Origin: Macrostomum lignano
Lineage: Eukaryota
DNA: 64,000 bases
Direction of reading: 5' to 3'
Assembly (NCBI GenBank): GCA_002269645.1
Contig: NIVC01002064.1
Span: 144,133 to 208,132 of the forward strand
The translations under genes were made by a program, and so were the position numbers. This document shows positions 51,201 to 61,000 of the stretch, one piece after another (the stretch's first letter is position 1; each line of letters starts with the position of its first letter). The notes beneath the pieces are model-generated. The model did not search any database and was not told where the DNA came from. It was given only the letters and a program-made list of their open reading frames with translations.

Positions 51201-51696
51201 AGCACCCCCATGAGTCGCAGGATTTCAGCTATCCCCCCATCTCAGCAATTTCCCATGAGCACGAAGAACCGTGTCTCACATAGTTGGACAGTTTAATACA
51301 ACTGGTCGTATTGAGAATCTTGCCTCGAGGAGGTGTCAAACGGAGGTCTTTCAGCGATGCTATGATGGAGAGCATTTGTATTTGTAAAGATGAAGCAAGG
51401 GCTCATCTTGACGTTTCTGGGATGTCGGTCGGCTATAGATGTCGGACGCTTTCTGCCGCCAAATTCACCCTTTATCGGATCCTGCAGAATCAGCACTGAA
51501 AGCGGCAGTGAAACAAAATTTAGGCCATATAATGTGAAGTCGCTGACAGAAACTTGGCTCAAGCAGCTACCCATGTTAGTGCTCAAGCGAGATGTAGAGG
51601 TCTCGATGAATGCCATCACTCAGCAGAAATGCATTCAGCGGGTGAACCATATTTAAACATGCATCTAGAGGTGTCTGACTGAATCACAACCAACTG

Positions 51697-51743
<47 letters not shown>

Positions 51744-52369
51744 TCTCCTATACCATAAGTAAACCCTCTCCTATAACATACCATAACTACCATAAGTAGT
51801 AGCTATAGTATTCTGATCAGTAAAACGTATAGAATCAACCGGATAGTTTGTAAGCAGGATATTATTACTGCTATTGTTCTCAATACCACAGATACGATGA
51901 GGCCATCCAGCACCACCAGCGAGCCTGGTCCCTGTATCCCGGCAACGCAGCCACCCTGACAGCTCTTGGCTACGCGTTCGCTTTAAACGGCGATTTCGAT
52001 CGAGCCGTTGATCACCTGACCCGGTCGCTTAGTTTAAACTATGACGATAAATTTAGTTCGCAATTGCTCAGCAAACTGGTTGAAGTGATGGCGGAGACTC
52101 ACCTGCCCTGGTTAGACTCTCTACTAGGCGATCGGGGCGACAGTTTGCCAACCATGAACTGGCAAGACCTGCCCGACCGGAAACCGGCGTCGTTGGCTAT
52201 GGAATCTCCTAGCGGCGCCTCGCTGTCCGGTCGGTGGCTGCAGTCGGCTACCACACAGACGCCGAATTCTGCTATGCGACTGCGGCAGCAGCAGCAGCAG
52301 CGTCAGCTGACCATGTCGGCTGGCAGCGTGGAAAGTGTCGATATGGAGGACGTTTCTATGGATATTTGA
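48236..52369 (+). CDS. CDC16: Anaphase-promoting complex subunit 6 / cell division cycle protein 16 (TPR protein), ~653 aa
   Basis: Exons 48236-49027, 49471-49745, 50615-51031, 51892-52369; phases 0,2,2; total 1962 nt. Motifs YKSAAFWADKLVSLS, QYHRAIH, ALRKDAYCYEAFEAL, LFLLGHQLVELYP..ISWYAVGCYY, FGPGWIALGH....EHDQAIAAY, WEPVFNNLGHTCRKLK.YDEAI. Confidence 0.96.
49830..49997. mobile_element. Hairpin MITE flanked by TA in CDC16 intron 2
   Basis: Outer arms 49827-49876 and 49951-50000 (50 bp, one mismatch); inner arms GAGTGCTTAAATGTCT 49891-49906 and 49931-49946 (perfect). Confidence 0.75.
50071..50587. repeat. 21-bp minisatellite (TTAGTTCACTCTAGTTGCGA[C/A]) in CDC16 intron 2
   Basis: Direct reading. 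Confidence 0.95.
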
Positions 52370-52572
52370 TTATATTGTTATATTTTGCTGCGGCAATCTT
52401 AGTACAGTGGGAATTCAACAGTCTTGCAGACTCAGTTAGTTACATATGATAAGGTCACTCTCTATTCTCCGCCAGTGTCGATACGTGTGGCTACTTTTTA
52501 TGACAGTAGTAGAATTTGCATGTGTAAAGAAAAAAATTGTAGGGAATTTAGGGAATTTCTGCCTTTTGTTTT

Positions 52573-52658
52573 AGGCAGAGGCTGTGTGCACTCTGGTGCA
52601 CTTTAAGCGACATTGTCACACAACCGGCGAGAGGCATCCCTGCCCATTCCGCCGACTC
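52573..52658 (-). mobile_element. SINE family B, short 3'-end fragment downstream of CDC16
   Basis: GGCTGTGTGCACTCTGGTGCACTTTAAGCGACATTGTCACACAACCGGCGAGAGGCAT..TGCCCATTCCGCCGACTC closely matches 29328-29407. Confidence 0.7.
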
Positions 52659-52671
52659 ATCTTGTATCTTG

Positions 52672-53148
<477 letters not shown>

Positions 53149-53780
53149 TATCTTCTTGTGTCGTGACTCAGTGCTGTGTCTCCAGAATGTTCGTTTAACC
53201 AGTTTATTTTCCGCTGGGAAAGATCTTGAAGAAGAAGAAGCCAGTCTTGTCCTTAAATGTTCTGGTGCAGCTAAATGTTTTTAAAAGGTATTAATTCTGT
53301 TACAGTGCTACTTTTATTAAGTAGTGCAACCACCGTGCTGATAATCTAGTAATCTGCATGCTTATTGATAAACTGTGGGTCATAAGGCATTTTCTATTCT
53401 CCATATATTTGGAGACAATTTTTTTTCCAAATAATTGCATTGTGTAATATTTTTGCAACTTGTAACGCTGTCTGACTCTTACAAAAATTACGAATAGAAA
53501 TAATACAAATAACTTTGACTATAATTGCTATGTGTATTTTATTATAAATCTGTAGTTCAACATTCTTTGTGTTTTTATTTTGTTTATTCAAATTCTAAGT
53601 GCTTAGTGTCATAGATGTCTTTGGGGTTCCTTTTAGCTACTTGCAGTAGTGTTGATAGTTTTGTTTTCAGCAGAAAAATTCAGTGAAACCTCCACAGTTT
53701 TATCCTCGGGGCAGTAAAATATCAGAAATCGAAGCCAGGTTTTTCTATCACGTTATTTTTATTAACATCGCAGACCCTTC

Positions 53781-53810
53781 TACTAACAGTAGTGCTGTCG
53801 CCAAATTTAG
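53781..53810 (+). promoter_or_regulatory. Branchpoint TACTAAC plus 3' splice acceptor (cis- or trans-splice site) in front of the glutaredoxin-like gene
   Basis: TACTAAC at 53781-53787; acceptor CCAAATTTAG ends at 53810. Confidence 0.6.
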
Positions 53811-54212
53811 ATTTTCAGCAGACTAATTTCAAGCGTTAGTAGCGGCGGCGGCGGCGCTGCTCGGTTTGCCCAGCTACTATCGGTCAGCAGCAGTCGCTCC
53901 TTTGCCACCAGTTCCAAGCCGAATCAGAGTTCGCCAGAACTGCCAGCAGTGCTAACAATGTATACTCGGCCGGGTTGCACTCTGTGCGAAGATGCGGTTG
54001 AAGAGGTTCAACATTTGATCGACGCTGGTCGGATTGTACTGCGTCGGGTTGACATCGACTTGCCAGAGAATGAGCGGTATCAGGTGTGGCGCTACGATAT
54101 ACCCGTGTTTAAAATTCGCGGCCTGCCAACTATGATGCATCAATTAGACTTGGACGCTTTGACCCGGCATTTGAATCAGTTGGAGCTTGCGGAGAGGAGC
54201 AAAACTGATTAA
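53811..54212 (+). CDS. C5orf63: Glutaredoxin-like protein (C5orf63/DUF836 type, CTLC motif) with a predicted mitochondrial presequence; no in-frame genomic ATG before the domain
   Basis: LPAVLTMYTRPGCTLCEDA...VDIDLPEN...WRYDIPVF...MMHQLD matches the family pattern. Frame is open back to the TAG at 53808-53810, giving IFSRLISSVSSGGGGAARFAQLLSVSSSRSFATSSK. Confidence 0.88.
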   Translation: MFSRLISSVSSGGGGAARFAQLLSVSSSRSFATSSKPNQSSPELPAVLTMYTRPGCTLCEDAVEEVQHLIDAGRIVLRRVDIDLPENERYQVWRYDIPVFKIRGLPTMMHQLDLDALTRHLNQLELAERSKTD

Positions 54213-54248
54213 TTGGTGAGCTTTTTACTTTTGTATGCGTACGTCTAT

Positions 54249-54808
54249 GAGTTAAGGATCGGGTAGGATTTATGAGTGAAGGATCGGGTAGGATTTATGA
54301 GTGAAGGATCGGGTAGGATTTATGAGTGAAGGATCGGGTAGGATTTATGAGTGAAGGATCGGTAGGATTTATGAGTGAAGGATCGGTGGTGTTCATAGGT
54401 GAGGGATCAGAGGGTAGGGATTAGGGAAGGGTTTATGGGTAAAGAATCGGAGGGTAGGGATTAGGGAAGGGTTCATGGATAAAGAATCGGAGGGTAGGGA
54501 TTAGGGAAGGGTTCATGGGTGACGGATCGGAGGGTAGGGATTAGGGAAGGGTTCGTGGTGACGGATCGGAGGGTAGGGATTAGGGAAGGGTTCGTGGTGA
54601 CGGATCGGAGGGTAGGGATTAGGAAGGGTTCGTGGGTGACGGATCGGAGGGTAGGGAAGGGTTTATGGGTGACGGATCGGAGGGTAGGGAAAGGTTTATG
54701 GGTGACGGATCGGAGGGTAGGGAAAGGTTTATGGTGACGGATCGGAGGGTAGGGAAGGGTTTATGGGTGACGGATCGGAGGGTAGGGAAAGGTTTATGGG
54801 TGACGGGT
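54249..54808. repeat. G-rich minisatellites (25-bp units, then ~33-40-bp units containing GGGTAGGGATTAGGGAAGGG)
   Basis: Direct reading. Confidence 0.92.
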
Positions 54809-55613
54809 ATTCATTCATGCAGCCTTTGACTCCTATTGTGCTAGTCAGTTATTCCAGCCCTTTACTGTCAAGTATGAACAGGTGAAAGTGCAGGACAGAC
54901 GAAGGACAGTCCAAGTGTATTAATTGTACTTTTGTTTTAGTGCACAATGCTTATTGGCTACTCGAAATTGCCTTCTTTATCTGTCAGTGTCAAATTCTTT
55001 AAATTCGAAGTGCTAAGCTACAAAACAAAATTACATTTAACGTCACCTTATTGAACATTTTTCTACTGTATATGCATATTTGTGTCTTAACACTCAGATT
55101 CGAGCAATATAATTATCAGTTTCTGCCGTTACGTTCAACAACTTCTCTCCGCTTGGTAATGCTTTTCTATATTGTTTGATTTACTCTCTGAGTCTCCGTA
55201 CCTCACAATATCTCTCTCTCCTCTCCCCCTCTCTCTTCTCTCAGTTTTGTTCTCAGTATGCAAGAGCCAAACTGCAGCAAACTAACATTTATGCCCTAGG
55301 ACATACCTCAATTTTTGTACACTGCTCTCATTTCCAAGAAAACTCCGTGACTGAGAATGACATTGTGTTGTACTTGCTGAATACGCGTCTGAAATTTTTT
55401 TTACGCAGATAGCCTAGTTCAAGTACACAGTCTGTAGAGCTGCTGTGGGTCTGTTTCCTGTTACGGATGTACTTGCGCTCCTATGTACACGCGCTCTGTG
55501 TATATATGTTTCATATCGAGAGACCGCCGCAGCTTTTATTATTGAATAGTAGCCGTGAAAAATGGCCATCGGCAAGCAGTGAAATATTTAAAAAAAGCTT
55601 TATCTATTTGAAA

Positions 55614-56019
55614 ATGTTTAATAAAAGTGGCGATGAAAACAATAATGATGATGAAGATTTCCACGCCGAATCGCCGAGTCAGCTTCGTCCTCGAGGCGGC
55701 GGCCTCGGCCGCATTGTACATTGATTGGCTCGAATCGGTGCTGCGATCGCATCGACAGATGGTTGCTGAGCCAGTTGGACTCGGCTTACCTGCCAGATCT
55801 AGTCTGGCTGGACAGGGCTAGCGGCCTGTTTCGCATCGATTGGCATCGGCGGCAGTGTGACAGGCGGCGGCTGCGGCCGTGACTGCGGAGGACACGGCTG
55901 TGGAACTGCTGCTGCCGCTGCTGCTGAGGACTGCGGCAGCGGCCGTGGTAGCGTATTCACTGCCTGGCACCGGTATCGAGGTGACTGCCTGTCTGTCCGT
56001 CTGGCTGTCTGCCTGTCTC

Positions 56020-56065
<46 letters not shown>

Positions 56066-56191
56066 CCTCTGTCTGTCTGTCCGTGTGTCTATCTGTCCGT
56101 CTGTCTTTCTATCTGTCTGTCTGTCTGTCTTAGTGTCTGTCTGTCTGTCTGTGTGACTCTGTCTGTCTGTCTGTCTGTCTGTCTGTGTGAC

Positions 56192-56222
<31 letters not shown>

Positions 56223-56951
56223 TAGTGTCTGTCTGTCTGCCCCTTTTCTTATATGCCTGTCTGCACTGCCTATCTGTCTGTCCCGTTAGTTAGTCTGTCT
56301 GTCGTGCCTTTGCGCATCTGTCTGTTTGTTAGTATGTATATCATCATATCTCTTATTCTTCTTTGTCTTGTAATACCTTGCAGTTTTGTCTAATACATTC
56401 AATTTCCTTATCAATCGATTAATAGGTAAAAATACTTTGCTAAGCGGACTCCAGCAGAGTAGTTCCGTATCAATTTTATATATTGTACTAAAGTACATTT
56501 ATAACTTCAGCATATCTGTAGCACATTGTTGCCCTCTTACTAAATTCGCAGGCCGCGACAGCCCGGCTGAATGGCGCCGACTTAAACAAAATTTTCGCTG
56601 CGCCCTAAACGGCAGCCGGCGCTATCTGCGCTATCGGCGCGACCTAAGCCGGCGCGGGGGCGCCAACGCCTACCGAGTCTACCAGTTCGTTGCTAACGAC
56701 GCCAACAGTCGCGTCGCCGTTTTGTCTACGCCAGCTACTAGTGTTGCTAGCACCCCACAGATGCCAGCTTTGACATTGCGGCCAATGAAAACTATGACCA
56801 ATTCGATTGTAAACCCGTTGCCAAGCATACTGTTGACATTGACAACGAAATTATCATTGATTGGCTGATCGACAAGTCGCCGCTGGTGTCCAGCATTGAT
56901 CCGTGCATGCATTCCAGCGGCAGCGCCTTGGCTGGCTTGCTGCAATCCTGA
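55614..56951 (+). CDS. IRF: Interferon regulatory factor (IRF)-family transcription factor, DNA-binding domain plus short acidic tail; reading frame interrupted by indels (sequence error or pseudogene)
   Basis: [33 protein letters not shown] (W at 55760, 55805, 55841; spacing 15 and 12 as in IRFs), [10 protein letters not shown] (W 55965), intron 55981-56551 (GTGACT...TACTAAATTCGCAG, phase 1), [19 protein letters not shown]...AYRVYQF. Start ATG 55614 and stop 56951 require frameshifts. Confidence 0.82.
55988..56300. repeat. (TCTG)n tract in the IRF intron
   Basis: Direct reading. Confidence 0.9.
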
Positions 56952-57320
56952 TCACTTCAAATAACTGTGGCTTGCTTTGTTTGATTGTATTCCATTTCAT
57001 TTTAATTTTTGTCTACTCAGTACAGTATTAATGGTGTATAGATATGTTATCATATTCCCATGGATATGTTATCGCTTATCGGACATCAATGATTAGCATG
57101 ACTTGATTCTAAATATATGTTATCAAAATTTAAATTATTTCACACGTTTGTCTATTTACTTACCGTTGTTAAAGGCCTTTTAGTTATTTTTTCAACATTT
57201 GGGTTGCTATCTAATTACCAGTTAGAAGAATAAGAATAAAGGTAAGTAATTTTAGATCAGGACGGATTATTTTACGACCTTTGGGATTTTAAGTGTAATA
57301 ATAATTTATAGATCAACAGG

Positions 57321-57738
57321 TTGAGCCACCCTCCCAGGTTGCTGGGCCACCCTCCCAGATCCTCAGTTTCTGGGCCAGTCTCCCAGATCCTCAGTTACTG
57401 GGCCAGCCTCCCAGATCCTAAGTTGCTGGGCCACCCTCCCAGATCCTCAGTTGCTGGGCCAGCCTCTCAGATCCTAAGTTGTTGGGCCAGCCTCTCAGAT
57501 CCTCAGTTGTCGGGCCACAGCCTCCCAGATCCTCAGTTGCTAGGCCAGCCTCCCAAATCCTCAGTTGTAGGCCAGCCTCCCAGATCCTCAGTTGCTGGGC
57601 CACCCTCCAGATCCTCAGTTGCCGGCCACCCTCCCAGATCCTCAGTTGCCGGGCCACAGCCTTCCAGATCCTCAGTTGTCGGGCCACAGCCTCCCAGATC
57701 CTCAGTTGCCAGGCCAGCCTCCCAGATCCTCGGTTGCT
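57321..57738. repeat. 28-bp minisatellite (CCTCCCAGATCCTCAGTTGCTGGGCCAG) upstream of NUP155
   Basis: Direct reading; same family as 61067-62272. Confidence 0.93.
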
Positions 57739-58024
57739 GAACCACTGCTACGCTCAAAGATCCTTAATAGCTTTGCTACCCTCCTAGATCCGTAGGCTAC
57801 CTTGGTACCCTCAAAAATCCTCATTTTATGGCATCCCATATCTTCAATTTGAGTGTCCAAATCCCTAAATTCTACCCTTTGTGTCGCTATCCCAGATTCC
57901 TAATACAGGAGAGGCAGAACGGATATCCTGTACAGTTGCCCCAACAATAAATATGCCAGATTTAGTACATTTTTGCCAGCTAAAGCCCATAGCGTCGCGC
58001 TAATTTCATGTCAGTCCTAACAAA

Positions 58025-61000
58025 ATGGTAAATGGACCGCCGTCAGTCGCCATCATGCAACAGCATCAGCAGCAGACTCCGCCATCAAGCGGCATTGCTA
58101 TTGGCAGCTGCGGAATCGCCGCTACCCCGTCGGCCGCAGCGTCCGGCGTTGCAGCGTCCGGCGCGCCAGGCGGCGACCTGATCGAGGAGGGCCTGCAATT
58201 CCTGGAGCCGTTCGTCCAATCGGAGCGCAGCTACCCGGATCTGGCCACCCTGCTAGGCGGCGTGGGCGATCGGGTGACCATGAGCGGCACCGACGTGGCG
58301 GCCTATCCGCCTAGTCCGAATGGCTCAGGCGGCGAAGTGTCGATCTCGCGCGTCACTCCGCTGCCAGGCGAACTAATGGAGAAACTGGGCGCTATGCAGA
58401 CCAACTGCCTCATGGGCGTGTTCCCGGAGGCTAGCCGGGCCTGGCTGACTGTTGATAACGAATTCTTCTTGTGGAACTACGAGGACGGCAGCGATTTAGC
58501 TTATTATGACGGGCTTCAAGACGCTATTGTTGCTGTTGGATTTGTACAGCCTAGGCGAGATGTGTTTGCAGACGAGGTGCACCATCTGTTGTGCCTGGCT
58601 ACGCCTTTAGAATTAGCTGTGCTAGGCGTTAGTTATCAGTCTGGCCAGGTGCACCTGCTGGCCGAACCGCTGTTGCGCCTGCCAACTGATGGACAGGTTG
58701 TCACCTGTATTGAAGGCAGCCGATCGACTGGCCGGCTGTTCGCTGGCACCCAGTCTGGCTGCCTGCTCGAGGTGGCGTATGAGGAGCGCCGAGTTGGATG
58801 GCTTAGCGGCCAGTACACGGTGGGTGGGGATCTGGGTGTGGAAAATATAGAGGTGTTAAATGATAAGACACAATATACAGAGTTACTTAACTAACTGACT
58901 GACTGACTGACTGACTGACTGACTGACTGACTGACTGACTGACTGACTGACTGACTGACTGACTGACTGACTGACTGACTGACTGACTGACTGACTGACT
59001 GACTGACTGACTGACTGACTGACTGACTGACTGACTGACTGACTGACTGACTGACTGACTGACTGACTGACTGACTGACTGACTGACTGACTGACTGACT
59101 GACTGACTGACTGACTGACTGACTGACTGACTGACTGACTGACTGACTGACTGACTGACTGACTGACTGATGACTGACTGACTGACTGACTGACTGACTG
59201 ACTGACTGACTGACTGACTGACTGACTGACTGACTGACTGACTGACTGACTGACTGACTGACTGACTGACTGACTGACTGACTGACTGACTGACTGACTG
59301 ACTGACTGACTGACTGACTGACTGACTGACTGACTGACTGACTGACTGACTGACTGACTGACTGACTGACTGACTGACTGACTGACTGACTGACTGACTG
59401 ACTGACTGACTGACTGAGTTAAAAACTAAAAACTAACTTGATAGTATTGCTACTTAAAGCAGTACATAAGTACATTAAAGATAATTGTTACACTCGCATC
59501 TTTTCAGGTACAGGGCCGCTTAATCAATCACAGCGTGTCCAGCCTCTCCCGCCTAGTGCCCAGCTTCATCAGTAGTTTAGCGGCAGCCGACGATCCAATA
59601 TGCCAGGTGTGCGTAGACGACAGCAGACGATTAGTGTACACCAGATCGCAGGAGTCGACCGTGTTTGCCTATGCCTTGTCTGCCGAGGCTGGCGATACGG
59701 CGGCCAGGCGGGTGGCGGCCTTGCGCGGCTCAGACCTGGCCGCTCATGCTGCCCGCATTGCTCACATGGTCGATCGCAGCTGTCTAACCGATATTGTACA
59801 CCTGTCGCCGCTGACTGCTCAGCATTCCGCTATGCTCTATCTTATGGCCGTCACCGGGTCCGGGGTTCGATTCTATTTCGATGCTCGCCTACGCCTGGCT
59901 CACGTTCGGCTAGGCCCGATGTGTCCGAGTCTGCCTAGGCTGGCCGATATTCGGCTGGCCACGGAGAGCCGCGGTACGGTCCTGATGCTGGCCAGTCGAG
60001 GGGAGGATCGGGACACACTCTATGTGCTCAGTCCGGACCCGTTTCCTAGGAGACCGCAGCTGCAGGTGCGCCTGGGGCTTTTCTATGTACTATTGCGTTT
60101 CATTGCGTGTACTTTTATGGTTTCAGAGTGTACTTTATGTGCTTCAGTGTAGCGCCAGTCCAGCCACTTACAATGCTTCAGTGTAGCGCCAGTCTCTAGT
60201 ATCCATTGTACTGTATGCTTCAGTATAGCGCCAGTCCAGCCACTTTCCAATGCTTCAGTGTGGCGCCAGTCCAGCCACTTTCCAATGCTTCAGTGTGTCG
60301 CCAGTCTTACTTACCAATGCTTCAGTGTGGCGCCAGTCCAGCCACTTTCCAATGCTTCAGTGTGGCGCCAGTCCAGCCACTTACTAATGCTTCAGTGTGG
60401 CGCCAGTCCAGCCACTTACCAATGCTTCAGTGTGGCGCCAGTCCAGCCACTCTCCAATGTTTCAGTGTGACGCCAGTCTTACTTACCAATGCTTCAGTGT
60501 GACGCCAATCCAACGGCACTGTATTTCAGATGGGTTCCACCTAATTAGCCGTACACACTTTAACTTAATTAACTTAGCCATGCAATAGTAAATTAAATAT
60601 TCTCCTTCATTTTCCCCTTTATTCAGGAGGCCTGCAGCGTGGCCTGGCCCCTGGCCGTGCCTGGATCATGTGCTGCCTGCCCAGCCCGCAGCTGATTATC
60701 GGGACATCGGCATCGATCCCCAGCTGCACGACGGTCCCCTAGTTGGCAGGCCGTATCCTCCTGTGTTTCTGACTCAACACGTTGATCCGGTCAGGCGGTT
60801 TCTATTAGTATCAGTGCACGGCCTTGTGCTGCTGGAATTGCAGACTCCGCTAATGCGTCTGGCCGGTTTGTTAGCGGCCAATCAGCCGGATTCTCGTCCG
60901 GTGACAGATTGGTTTGCCCACTTTGGCCCCGAGGAGAGCAGCTGCGTCTGTCTGATCCTAGCCTGCTGCGATAGCGACGATCTAGTTAGGGAGAGAGCGC

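Noticed and set aside
51284-51656. Overlapping short ORFs in CDC16 intron 3
   Set aside because: No recognisable domain or splice support; the CDC16 frame closes cleanly without them.
54420-54590. TTAGGG as interstitial telomeric repeat
   Set aside because: Single hexamers embedded in a 40-bp unit, not tandem telomeric arrays.
55627-55821. ORF MAMKT...RRVSF...[11 protein letters not shown] as the true IRF N-terminus or a PP1-docking peptide
   Set aside because: It is out of frame with the DNA-binding domain, whose own first Trp (55760) has the exact IRF spacing; probably a shadow frame, though the true start remains unresolved.
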